Origin: Nitriliruptoraceae bacterium
GTDB taxonomy: Bacteria > Actinomycetota > Nitriliruptoria > Nitriliruptorales > Nitriliruptoraceae
Direction: 5' to 3'
Assembly (NCBI GenBank): GCA_040904785.1
Contig: JBBDSV010000086.1
Location: 288-64,287, forward strand
DNA length: 64,000 nucleotides
Below, one piece after another: positions 30,901 through 39,014 of the stretch. The notes under the pieces were generated by a model. The model did no database searches. It worked only from the letters and a program-made list of their open reading frames with translations, and was not told where the DNA came from. Each line of letters begins with the position of its first letter. The stretch's first letter is position 1. The translations under genes were made by a program, and so were the position numbers.

Positions 30901-31647
30901 CGCATGCTGGAACACCTCGACTTCGCCGACGGCGGCCGCGATCACCTGGTTGCGCACGTGGACAGGTTCGCGCGCGAATTCACCGGCGACGAACGGCGCC
31001 AACTGGTCGATGGGGTGGCTCGAGCGCTTGTCACGCCGCTCGGTGGCACGCTCGGCGACATCGCCCTGGCGGCGATTGCGCGCTCCGACAGACGCGACGA
31101 GCTGTCCTTCGACCTTCCGGTTGCCGGCGGTGTCCGTGGCGGACCGGCTGTGTCCCTGCACGCACTCGCCGACGTGTTCGCCGCGCACGATGGCGCCACC
31201 GACGCGCCGTTGGGCCCACTCGCCGATCGATTGCGCCGTCGCCCCGATCACCGGTTCCGGGGCATGCTCACCGGCAGCATCGACCTCGTCGCCCGGGTCG
31301 GTGACCGCTACTTCCTCGCCGACTACAAGACCAACTGGCTCGGCTCGCGCGACGCGGCCGGCGTCGAACAGTCCACGGTGGCCGACTATCACCTCGACCG
31401 GATTCGCGACGTCATGGTGACCCACGACTACGTCTTGCAGTACCACCTGTATCTCGTGGCGTTGCACCGCTACCTGCGGCTTCGGCTCGCCGACTACGAC
31501 TACGACACGCACATCGCAGGCGCGGCCTATCTGTTCCTGCGCGGCATGCTCGGTACCGCCCAGCCGGCGGACACCGGGGTGTATGTCGATCGGCCGGCAC
31601 GGGCACTGATCGAAGCGCTCGACGACACCTTGCGGGGGACCCGATGA
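27967..31647 (+). CDS. recB: Exodeoxyribonuclease V beta subunit (RecB), UvrD-type helicase plus PD-(D/E)xK nuclease
   Basis: EASAGTGKTYAL Walker A, FIDEFQDTDPVQ, and nuclease motif GSIDLV...LADYKTN. GTGA overlap with recC. Confidence 0.9.
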   Translation: MNPTIPMDPFDPTAPLADGIARIEASAGTGKTYALTDQVVRTLAESDVTADRIVIVTFTRAAAAELRGRVRLRIREVLAAFDTPPAAGTDAVIDHLIDADDATCTVRRRRLESARARFDDLMIDTIHGFCQRVLQQLSSSLGVETGAELREDVGPIIDGVVADLWIREVRGADAPWLRLLAERRVTPDRLTSILRQFESVPGAVLTPRPESQSAAQLWDDEVAAFIDRWHAQADALLQWLTDAQAAGSFGRTRTFTPKALADIRAQFDDFSAAPVLGRVDALGALATLTRSAITDRIVDEARIPDALDVVDAAARLVDLPRRVAEAFQSRFVVDAFDELDCRKRTHGVWSFTDLLRTLDDALADPMSAGLVADAIHSRLDVAFIDEFQDTDPVQWRIFSTLFADRRLVLVGDPKQAIYSFRGADITTYLAAARDATEPVATLPTNYRSDQRVIDALDTLFDPVRFADGGPFADPAIAYTAVRAADANAADRLDDPSGAPFGLGLRVVTRTTVGDTDGTIAKSRAEDAVPRLVADEIVAMLSGDVHIDREDVARELRPGDIAVLTRTNAQATRTQAALRAVGVPAVVAADHSVFDSVEAGDVERFLAALHEPTSQRRVRAVLAGPVLGWSLADIDRLDDARWSTVIDQLLDWAASWRSHGVAVAFRRALAANDAFARLAAQPGGDRVLTNLGHVVELLHREASRRHLGPAALLQWLRRQRDRVDDRTDDSELRLDRDDDAVQVLTVHRAKGLQFPVVFSPFLWTGAVRRTADAVVRVRDDIEGGMIVDIGFDDAVAPRDRHVVLARRQQWQEDIRLAYVALTRARHRNVVHFGSIAGASGTGLHRLLLASRPDGDVTSFEPDATTMSDDELRDQLDRFTGAAITVTDAPADVRGVPWQDEHRDRPHVHLRTVQRPLDRQWQRTSFTRLVHTPVAGADEHAGDFDETAQTEVQDTDVHGPVDEVPLARFPRGPAVGTAVHRMLEHLDFADGGRDHLVAHVDRFAREFTGDERRQLVDGVARALVTPLGGTLGDIALAAIARSDRRDELSFDLPVAGGVRGGPAVSLHALADVFAAHDGATDAPLGPLADRLRRRPDHRFRGMLTGSIDLVARVGDRYFLADYKTNWLGSRDAAGVEQSTVADYHLDRIRDVMVTHDYVLQYHLYLVALHRYLRLRLADYDYDTHIAGAAYLFLRGMLGTAQPADTGVYVDRPARALIEALDDTLRGTR

Positions 31648-33479
31648 CCTCGGTCTCCGCATTGCGTGCCCTCGGTGTCGTCGACACGTTCGACGTGCGG
31701 GCGGCCGACACGTTCCTCCGGTTGGCGGGCAGCGACGACGAACTCGTCCGCCTCACCGCCGCCCTGACCGTGCACGCGACACGTGCCGGACACGTGTGCC
31801 TCGATCTCGCCCGCACGCTCGACGTCGGGCTCGCCGACCGGGACGATCGTCGTGCCGCGATGGAGCTTCCCGACGTCGACACCTGGCGGCAGCACCTCGT
31901 CGCGTCGGCCGCCATCGGCGGCGGCAGCGACCCCGAGCGGGCGACACCGCTGGTGCTCGACGGTCCACGCGTGTATCTCGACCGGTACTGGCGCTACGAA
32001 CAACGCGTCGCCGCGCGACTGCAGGCACTGGCATCCTCACCGGTCGACCCAGTGCCGCCGTCGGCGGTGGCCGCGGCCACCGAGGCGGTCGCCGACGGCG
32101 CACAGCGAGCCGCGATCAACACTGCCGTCACGGCACGTCTGACAGTACTCACCGGCGGACCGGGAACGGGCAAGACGACGACGGTGGTTCGCGTGCTGGC
32201 CACACTCGTCGCCACCATGCCCGAACTCGCCGGCCGCATCGCGTTGGCCGCGCCGACGGGCAAGGCCGCCGCCCGCATGGGCGAGGCGATCCGCCAACAC
32301 GGCGACGCCGACGCCGGCCAGGCGGGCCTGGCCGACCTGCCGGCGACGACGCTGCACCGCCTGCTCGGATTCGATCCACGCAATCCGTCGCGATTCCGGC
32401 ACGGCCGCGACCGGCCGCTCGACGTCGACGTGGTCGTCGTCGACGAAGCGTCGATGGTCTCGCTGCCGATGATGGCCAAGCTGCTCGACGCACTTCCGGA
32501 CACGGCGCGTCTGCTCCTTGTCGGTGATCGGGACCAGCTCGTGTCGATCGATGCCGGAGCGGTGCTCGCCGACATCAGCGCCGCCGGTGCCGCCTGCGGC
32601 AGCGACGATGCCCCGCGAACCGCGTTGACGGATCGGATCGTCGAGCTGCGGCACAACTACCGCTTCACGCCGACGTCGGGCATTGGGCTCGTCGCCGGCC
32701 GCATTCGCGACGAGCGGTCCGCGGCCGAGGTGGTCGCGGCGATGACGCCGAGCGACCCGTCCGCGGACGCCGGATGGCACGACGAAGCGGTGGAGCTGGC
32801 CGCGCCTGACCGTCGCGGCTCCGGCCTGCTGCCGCGCCCGTGGTTCGACCGGATCGTGACCCATTTCGCCGCGCTTGCCGCACGCGCCGGTGCCGACGAC
32901 GATCCGGGCGGCCTGCTGGCCGACCTCGGACAACTCGGCGTCCTCGCCGCGCTGCGTCGTGGCCCCGGTGGGGTCGATCACCTCAACGCGGCAGTCGGGT
33001 CCGAAGTCGCGCGGACGATCGGCCGACCGAACCGCGGCGACGGCGATCCCCGTCGGGCCTTCGACATCGGCACGCCGGTGCTCGTCACCCGCAACGACCA
33101 TGCACAGCAGCTGTTCAACGGCGATGTCGGGATCGTCGTCCGGTCCGCCGACCAGTCGGTGGTCGCCTTCCCGGCTCCGGATGGGGCGGTGCGGCAGGTT
33201 CCCGTTGCCCGGATCGGGCATCTCGAACCCGTGTACGCGCTGTCGGTGCACAAGAGCCAGGGATCCCAGTTCGATCGTGTCGTCGTCACACTGGGGGCGT
33301 CGGATTCGCCGCTGCTGACCCGCGAACTCGTCTACACCGCGATCACGCGGGCGCGTCGCCACGTCGCGGTCGTCGCCGATGCGGACACGTTGCACCGGGC
33401 GCTCGAGCGGCGCGTCCAGCGCGCCTCGGGACTTCGGGCACTGCTGACATCCACCCAACCGGACTCAGTTGTCGAATGA
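31644..33479 (+). CDS. recD: Exodeoxyribonuclease V alpha subunit (RecD)
   Basis: LTGGPGTGKTTTV, VVVDEASMV and SVHKSQGSQF motifs. ATGA overlap with recB. Confidence 0.9.
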   Translation: MTSVSALRALGVVDTFDVRAADTFLRLAGSDDELVRLTAALTVHATRAGHVCLDLARTLDVGLADRDDRRAAMELPDVDTWRQHLVASAAIGGGSDPERATPLVLDGPRVYLDRYWRYEQRVAARLQALASSPVDPVPPSAVAAATEAVADGAQRAAINTAVTARLTVLTGGPGTGKTTTVVRVLATLVATMPELAGRIALAAPTGKAAARMGEAIRQHGDADAGQAGLADLPATTLHRLLGFDPRNPSRFRHGRDRPLDVDVVVVDEASMVSLPMMAKLLDALPDTARLLLVGDRDQLVSIDAGAVLADISAAGAACGSDDAPRTALTDRIVELRHNYRFTPTSGIGLVAGRIRDERSAAEVVAAMTPSDPSADAGWHDEAVELAAPDRRGSGLLPRPWFDRIVTHFAALAARAGADDDPGGLLADLGQLGVLAALRRGPGGVDHLNAAVGSEVARTIGRPNRGDGDPRRAFDIGTPVLVTRNDHAQQLFNGDVGIVVRSADQSVVAFPAPDGAVRQVPVARIGHLEPVYALSVHKSQGSQFDRVVVTLGASDSPLLTRELVYTAITRARRHVAVVADADTLHRALERRVQRASGLRALLTSTQPDSVVE

Positions 33480-33980
33480 CGCCGCGCGATACCAGTCGGA
33501 CAGTTCGAGATAGCCGGCGACGTTCGAGCGCGGCACCGGCGGCACCGGACGGTCGACGACGCGGGCAGGAATACCCACGGCCAGCGAGTTCTCGGGGATC
33601 GCGGTGCCTTCGGTCACGACTGCACCGGCTCCGACGACGGCGCCGGCACCGATGTGCGCGCCGTTGAGGACCACCGCGCCCATGCCGATGAGTGCGTCGT
33701 CGTCGACGGTGCAACCGTGCAACACGACGCGGTGGCCGACGGTCACCCGGTCACCGAGCACGGCGGGAGCGTCCTCGTCGGTGTGGATGACGCACAGATC
33801 CTGCACGTTCGACTCCGCGCCGATGCGCACGGGAGCGCAATCGCCGCGTATGACCGTGCCGAACCAAAGGGACGCTCTGTCGCCGATCGTGACGTCGCCG
33901 GCGACGGTGACGTCATCGGCGATGAATGCGGTCGCGGCGATCTTCGGCGTCCAACCGTTGACGGTGATCCTGCGTCCCAT
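33465..33980 (-). CDS. Gamma carbonic anhydrase-like / left-handed beta-helix (hexapeptide repeat) protein
   Basis: Hexapeptide repeats with the gamma-CA pattern (ASLWFGTVIRGD...IGAESNVQDLCVIH...VGHRVVLHGC). Confidence 0.8.
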   Translation of the reverse strand: MGRRITVNGWTPKIAATAFIADDVTVAGDVTIGDRASLWFGTVIRGDCAPVRIGAESNVQDLCVIHTDEDAPAVLGDRVTVGHRVVLHGCTVDDDALIGMGAVVLNGAHIGAGAVVGAGAVVTEGTAIPENSLAVGIPARVVDRPVPPVPRSNVAGYLELSDWYRAASFDN

Positions 33981-34005
33981 CGCGACCTCCTCGTCGGCGC
34001 GCACC

Positions 34006-36105
34006 CTACTCGTCGAGTCGCCAGATCGGCCGCGACGTGTCGTCCAGTCCGACGAACCGGACCGCGACCCGGGAGCCGACGCGCCATGGCCCGGACGTCG
34101 TCGTCAGACCGTGCTCGTCGACGACGAGCTGGCCGCGCTGCCGCGGCGGAAGCCCCAATGCACGTTCCGCCGTCACGAAACCCGAAAGGCCCAATCGGGA
34201 CAGCCGGATGCGCAGCCCATTGACGGTCAGCCCGGTGATCGTTGCCGGTTCGCTCTCGGTGAGGAAGCCGCGGTCGAGCAGTTGGGCCCACAGGTCGGTG
34301 CGTTCGCGAGCCTCAAGATGCTGCAGCGCGCCGGCACGTGCGTCGAGCCAACCGGCGAGCGGCGCCAGCTCCGCGATGTCGTAGGGCGGTGTCGTGCCCG
34401 CGAGCATGGCGCGGAGCTGCCGGTGCACCACGAGGTCGGCGTAACGCCGAATCGGTGACGTGAAGTGGGTGTAGGCATCGGCCGCGAGGCCGCGGTGGTG
34501 CGTCGGATCGGGGTCGTAGCTCGCGCGCGCCGTCGCGCCGGTGGCGACGGCGATGAGTAGATCGCGGTCGGCCGTACGACCCTCGTGCTCCGCGGTGTCA
34601 ATCGCGGCAAGCAGCTGCGCGGCGATCTGTTCGGCATCGTCGGTGTGCCCGTCGATCGTGGCGCCGGCGAGTTCGGCGGCCGCGCGCACACGCGCGAGCC
34701 GTTGCGGATCGAGACCCGCGTGCGTGCGGTAGAGGGCGGGAATCTGGGCCGCCACCAGTGCGGTGGCGACCGCTTCATTCGCGGCGACCATGAGTCGCTC
34801 CACGAGTCGGTAGGCGTTGGCATGCGGCTCGGCCTCGGCGACCGTCAGGCGGCCGTCGACGAGCGCCGGGGTCACCGTCGCGCTGGCGAAGAGCCGCTCG
34901 AATGTCACTCGCCGGTCGCGTTCGATTCCCAGCCGTCGCGACGCCTCGGTGATCGCGCCGAGCGTTTCGAGCACGGTGGTGTCGTGTTCGCTGGCGAGGG
35001 ACCGGGAATCGCCGGCAAGCCAATGCTCCACCGCGGCATAGCTCAGCTGCGCACGTGAGGTGATCTGCGCCAGCTCGATCGTCGGGGAGGTGACCGCACC
35101 GTCGGCCTCGACCGCGAACCGTACGGATACGACGGTGCGGTCCGCTCCGGCGTGCAGCGACAGCCGATCTTCGGCGAGCACGGGGTCGAGCATCGGGGCG
35201 TTGTCGCCGACCGCGAGGTATGCGGTCGCCGCAACCGTTCTCGCGTAGTTGTCGGCGGGTGAGCCGACACCAACGGCACCGGCCGCATCGGCGATGTGCA
35301 CGGCGACGGTGACCGCATCGTCGGCGCTGCCCGGCCACGTCGCGGTGAGTGCATCGTCAAGGTCGCGTGCACCCGCATCGTCGATCGTGATCGCCGGCTC
35401 GTCGCGGCGGTCGGTCGCCACCAGATCGGACCCGGGAATCGGCCCGTCGGTGTCGAGCCCCGCCGCTGCACCGCGGCCGCCGCCTGCCAGCCGGCCGACC
35501 AGACGGATGTGGGTCATCGTCGCGGTTTGTGCGTCGAGTCCGGCCGCAGCCGGCCCGCCCGCGACGAGATCGGGTGCGACACGGTCCAGCGTCACCACCG
35601 CGCTGATGGCCCGAACTGCTGCCGGTGAACCCGCGACGAATCCGCCGGCGACCAGCGCGCGGCCCGTCGGCGCACCGTCGTCGTCCTCGGCTCTCAGCAC
35701 CACCACGACACGGCCGGTTGCCACCGCTTGCGCGGCGACCACGGCATCATCGAGCTCAAGCCAGCCGGTGGCGAGCTCGGAGACCGGTTCGAGCACCGTT
35801 CTGCCGGGACCGTTGACCACGCGACCGACGAGGAGTCTGCGGGGTCGTTGCTGGACCTCGACGCGCTCGGCGCTGATCCCCTTGTCGTCGGCGTCCACTT
35901 CGGCACGCACGAGGTCGTCGGACACCAGGCCGCGCGCGGTCGCGGGCGGGACGAAAACCCGGTCTGCCGTCACCGGTGGCCCACCGTCGCGCGGCACGGT
36001 GACCTCGGCAGGTGTCCAGCCGTCTTCGGCGACAAGGTGGAGGAATCCGAAGCCGCGTGCGTGCGGGCGGAAGCGTCCGAACACGTGCATGCAGGTCCCA
36101 ATCAT
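34006..36105 (-). CDS. rnr: RNase II/R family 3'-5' exoribonuclease
   Basis: RNB domain motifs (IDDAGARDLDDALT, HFTSPIRRYADLVVHRQL), an N-terminal cold-shock-like segment (ARGFGFL) and a C-terminal S1-like segment. The start is 36105 or 36090. Confidence 0.85.
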   Translation of the reverse strand: MIGTCMHVFGRFRPHARGFGFLHLVAEDGWTPAEVTVPRDGGPPVTADRVFVPPATARGLVSDDLVRAEVDADDKGISAERVEVQQRPRRLLVGRVVNGPGRTVLEPVSELATGWLELDDAVVAAQAVATGRVVVVLRAEDDDGAPTGRALVAGGFVAGSPAAVRAISAVVTLDRVAPDLVAGGPAAAGLDAQTATMTHIRLVGRLAGGGRGAAAGLDTDGPIPGSDLVATDRRDEPAITIDDAGARDLDDALTATWPGSADDAVTVAVHIADAAGAVGVGSPADNYARTVAATAYLAVGDNAPMLDPVLAEDRLSLHAGADRTVVSVRFAVEADGAVTSPTIELAQITSRAQLSYAAVEHWLAGDSRSLASEHDTTVLETLGAITEASRRLGIERDRRVTFERLFASATVTPALVDGRLTVAEAEPHANAYRLVERLMVAANEAVATALVAAQIPALYRTHAGLDPQRLARVRAAAELAGATIDGHTDDAEQIAAQLLAAIDTAEHEGRTADRDLLIAVATGATARASYDPDPTHHRGLAADAYTHFTSPIRRYADLVVHRQLRAMLAGTTPPYDIAELAPLAGWLDARAGALQHLEARERTDLWAQLLDRGFLTESEPATITGLTVNGLRIRLSRLGLSGFVTAERALGLPPRQRGQLVVDEHGLTTTSGPWRVGSRVAVRFVGLDDTSRPIWRLDE

Positions 36106-36141
36106 TGACGATCGCCGCGGGGGAGGCAGGCGCAGGTAGGT

Positions 36142-36807
36142 CTACCGTCCGCGCGCGGCGGCACGAAGCGTGGCGAGCAAGGTCGTGGCGAGCGTCGCGT
36201 CGTCGGTGAGGTCTGCGGCCCGACGGGCTACGATGCCGTCGAGAAGGTCGGGCGCGTCGCTTCCGGTTGCGTAGCGCAGCTGGCCGGCCACCAGCCGTCC
36301 ATCGGCGGCCGCGGCGACGACTCGCCGATAACGGTCACCGGTGCGGTCCAAGGTGTCCGCGAACGCGACGACCGCCAGCATCCAGGGACGAACGTCTGCG
36401 ACCAGCGCCGCTGTCGTGACGTCTTCCGGGGCAACGGTCGCCAGTTCCCAGCCTACGAGGGTCGGACCTTCGCTCGAGTCGATCTCGGCGACATCCGGCA
36501 TCGACGATTGCGGCAGGTCCATGATCTCGATGGCGGCCCGATCCAGTTCCGCGATGGCGTCGAGGCCCGCACGGCGGGCGCTGCCATCCTCGACAGCGAG
36601 CTCTGCCTGGGTGAAGACGGCGTCGAGCAGCTTGGTTGCATTGACCGTCGCAAGAACATCGAGGGCGCGTGCTGCGTCGCCCGCCGCAGCATGGCGCAGC
36701 AGGACGTCGGGGGACAGCGGTCCGTCATCGTCGGCCACAGCACCTCCACTCGCCGAATACGCATAGCCTGCCGGATCGCGCCGCCAATCCCGAGGAGGCT
36801 CGACCAT
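36142..36807 (-). CDS. Hypothetical protein (acidic, Ala-rich, family not recognised)
   Basis: 221-aa ORF with coding-like third-position GC, directly upstream of rnr on the same strand. There is no obvious SD, so the start is uncertain. Confidence 0.45.
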   Translation of the reverse strand: MVEPPRDWRRDPAGYAYSASGGAVADDDGPLSPDVLLRHAAAGDAARALDVLATVNATKLLDAVFTQAELAVEDGSARRAGLDAIAELDRAAIEIMDLPQSSMPDVAEIDSSEGPTLVGWELATVAPEDVTTAALVADVRPWMLAVVAFADTLDRTGDRYRRVVAAAADGRLVAGQLRYATGSDAPDLLDGIVARRAADLTDDATLATTLLATLRAAARGR

Positions 36808-36835
36808 CGGGCACGCGGCGCCCAGGAGGTCGCAG

Positions 36836-37438
36836 GTGGACGAACCGTCACTTCCGGCGCCCCCGACGGTGCCGCCGCCGGCTTACGACGCCCGAACACG
36901 CCGGCGCTGGCCGTGGATCGTCACGGTCATCCTGCTCGTGGCGTCCACTGCAGTCGCCGCCGGCATCGCTGTCGACCAGCGGCAGGTCGCCGCTGAGTGG
37001 CGTGATTCAGCCGAAGACCTCGCCGGGCAGCGGGACGACGCGCTCGGCCGTGTCGAGGCGCTGCAAACCCAACTCGATGAGATCGCAACGATGCTCGCGA
37101 CCTCGGAAGGCGATGTGACCCGCCTCGAGGATCGGATCCGCGAACTGGCGGACGAGAAGGCCCAGGCCGAGGACACCGCGACGACCGTGCAGGTGGAACG
37201 GGACGTGCTGGCACAGGTGTCGAATCGCATCGCCAGTGCGATCGATGCGCTCGACGAATGCGTCGATCGGATGTTCGCGCTGCACGCGACCACCGTCGAG
37301 GCGTTCAACCGCGCTGCCGCGGGTGATCCGGTCGACGTCGATCCGCTCAACGCCCAGGCGCAGGCAACCACCACCTTCTGCAACGACGCGCGGTCGGCTG
37401 CAGCTGGGGCCGCCGCAGCAGCGAGCCAGATCCAGTGA
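36836..37438 (+). CDS. Hypothetical single-pass membrane protein with an extracytoplasmic coiled coil
   Basis: GTG 36836 after GGAGG. Pro-rich N-terminus, TM WPWIVTVILLVASTAVAAGIAV, then heptad-like segment LQTQLDEIATMLATSEGDVTRLEDRIRELADEKAQ. Confidence 0.55.
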   Translation: MDEPSLPAPPTVPPPAYDARTRRRWPWIVTVILLVASTAVAAGIAVDQRQVAAEWRDSAEDLAGQRDDALGRVEALQTQLDEIATMLATSEGDVTRLEDRIRELADEKAQAEDTATTVQVERDVLAQVSNRIASAIDALDECVDRMFALHATTVEAFNRAAAGDPVDVDPLNAQAQATTTFCNDARSAAAGAAAAASQIQ

Positions 37439-38154
37439 AACATCACCTGCGGATCACCGCGGCGCTCGGCGTGATCGTGATCGCTGTCGCCTGTGTGCCA
37501 CCACCTGAACCCGTGCCCGACGCCAGCGCCGGTGAGCTCGAAGAACTCGAGGACCTCGACCTTCCGTCGCCTGCGGCGACGTCGGTCATGCGCCGCGCGC
37601 AGGAGATCACCGTCCGGATTCGCACGCTGGGGTGCCGCCAGTTCGGTGTCGGATCGGGTTTCGTGCTTCCCGGCGGCATCGTCGTGACGAACCGGCACGT
37701 CGTCGACGAGCCACGCGAGGTCACGCTCAACACCTGGGATGGCCGCAGTCTCGACGCCGAGGTTCGCGGGCTGGCGGTTTCCAGCGACCTCGCGATGCTG
37801 CGGCTGGCTGACGATGCCGGTCTGCCGGTTGCTGAGCTGCGGGAGACACCGGTCGAGGTCGGCGAGCCGATCATCGTCGTCGGTTATCCGGGCGGAGGAC
37901 CGGCGACGGTCGTCACCGGGACGGTGCTCGGCCACGTGTCCGGTGAACTGCTGGACGAAGCGACCGAAGTGTTGCGCATCGACGCGGAGATCCGCCAGGG
38001 CAATTCGGGTGGTCCGGTGCTCGATCAGCAGGGGCGTGTCGTCGGGGTCGTGTTCGCGCTCGAAGTGGGGCGGGGGACCGGTCTGGCGGTGCCCGCGACC
38101 ACGCTCATCTCATATCTCGAAGGCGCCCCAATGGCCGAACCGGCGGGATGCTGA
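37435..38154 (+). CDS. Trypsin-like (S1 family) serine protease lipoprotein
   Basis: Lipobox IAVAC, VVTNRHVV (His), and GNSGGPVLDQQGRVVGVVFA (Ser). GTGA overlap with the upstream gene. Confidence 0.8.
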   Translation: MKHHLRITAALGVIVIAVACVPPPEPVPDASAGELEELEDLDLPSPAATSVMRRAQEITVRIRTLGCRQFGVGSGFVLPGGIVVTNRHVVDEPREVTLNTWDGRSLDAEVRGLAVSSDLAMLRLADDAGLPVAELRETPVEVGEPIIVVGYPGGGPATVVTGTVLGHVSGELLDEATEVLRIDAEIRQGNSGGPVLDQQGRVVGVVFALEVGRGTGLAVPATTLISYLEGAPMAEPAGC

Positions 38155-38892
38155 CGCGGCCTCGCGCGTGCCGATTGCCCGCCACTGGTGCAACGGCCAG
38201 TGCAGTTGTCCGAGCAGCGTGGTAAGCCGGCCTGCGGCCTGCGCGGCCGCTGCGGCGAGATCGTCTTCAGCAGCGACGGTGGCCCGTAGTCGGGTCGTCG
38301 ATGATCCGCGGCGCCGGATCCACTCGTCGCCGCACTCGGCCCGGTCGAGCACTCGACGGGCGGCACGATTCGCGGCGGTCAGGTCCACGTGGATCGCGGT
38401 GCGGCCGCGGTCGTCGGTGCCGACGGCAGCCGTCAGCTGTGAGGAGAAGTCCTCGGCCAGGTGTGGCGCAAGGCGGTTGAGCCGGGACCCTGGCGCCCGG
38501 CTGACCGCTCGAACGGCCTGCCCGTTGCGGACGGCGGCGGCGAAGGCATCGCGGGTCAATGGTGCGCCCGGCTGCATCTGGGCATCCCAGTCGACCGCAC
38601 CCACATCGGTGCCGTCGACTGTCGCGCGTCGCGAGGGCCGTCCGCGTGCCATCCGGGGGCTGGCTGCCGGCGTCGACGACAGGACGTCGTAGGCGGCGTG
38701 CACCCGACGGAACGTCGCGGGGTCCCCGCCACGATCCGGATGGTGGCGACGGGCGAGGTCGCGATAGACCTGCTTGATCTCGTCCGCGGTCGCGTCGGGC
38801 GCGACGCCGAGTTCGCGCAGCGCGTCATTGCGTGTCCGGATCTCGTCCAGCTGCCTGCCGATGGTCCGATTCGTCCGATGTCGGCGTGCAGC
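38110..38892 (-). CDS. J-domain (DnaJ-like, HPD motif) protein with no canonical start codon upstream of the J domain
   Basis: In-frame translation gives ...LDEIRTRNDALRELGVAPDATADEIKQVYRDLARRHHPDRGGDPATFRRVHAAYDVL..., with high third-position GC through to 38110. There is an in-frame TAG at 38895-38893, and the only candidate starts before the HPD motif are CTG/ATC. Confidence 0.6.
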   Translation of the reverse strand, partial: AARRHRTNRTIGRQLDEIRTRNDALRELGVAPDATADEIKQVYRDLARRHHPDRGGDPATFRRVHAAYDVLSSTPAASPRMARGRPSRRATVDGTDVGAVDWDAQMQPGAPLTRDAFAAAVRNGQAVRAVSRAPGSRLNRLAPHLAEDFSSQLTAAVGTDDRGRTAIHVDLTAANRAARRVLDRAECGDEWIRRRGSSTTRLRATVAAEDDLAAAAAQAAGRLTTLLGQLHWPLHQWRAIGTREAASASRRFGHWGAFEI

Positions 38893-39014
38893 CTACGACC
38901 TGGCATGTCCCGGGGAAACGGTGCACGGTCGGTACGCTGATGGGTGCTGATCGGCGGGTGTCGACGTGTGTGACACCGCGTCTTGCCGTCGGCGCTGTGC
39001 GAAAGGAGGTCGCG

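Noticed and set aside
20858-33479. Considered whether the SMC-like ATPase plus nuclease plus helicase-nuclease block is an anti-phage island (Wadjet/Lamassu/Gabija-like).
   Set aside because: The proteins have the canonical SbcD, SbcC, RecC, RecB and RecD motifs and sizes. There are no accompanying defence-specific components (JetABCD, LmuAB, GajAB) and no integrase, tRNA or repeat boundaries. It is interpreted as housekeeping DNA repair.
38893-39014. Searched for a CIRCE element (TTAGCACTC-N9-GAGTGCTAA) or a HAIR element upstream of hrcA-dnaJ.
   Set aside because: Only a weak half-site-like GGGTGCTGA and an unrelated GTGTC-N9-GACAC repeat are present. No credible CIRCE is seen, and CIRCE is usually at the groES/groEL promoters, which are outside this window.
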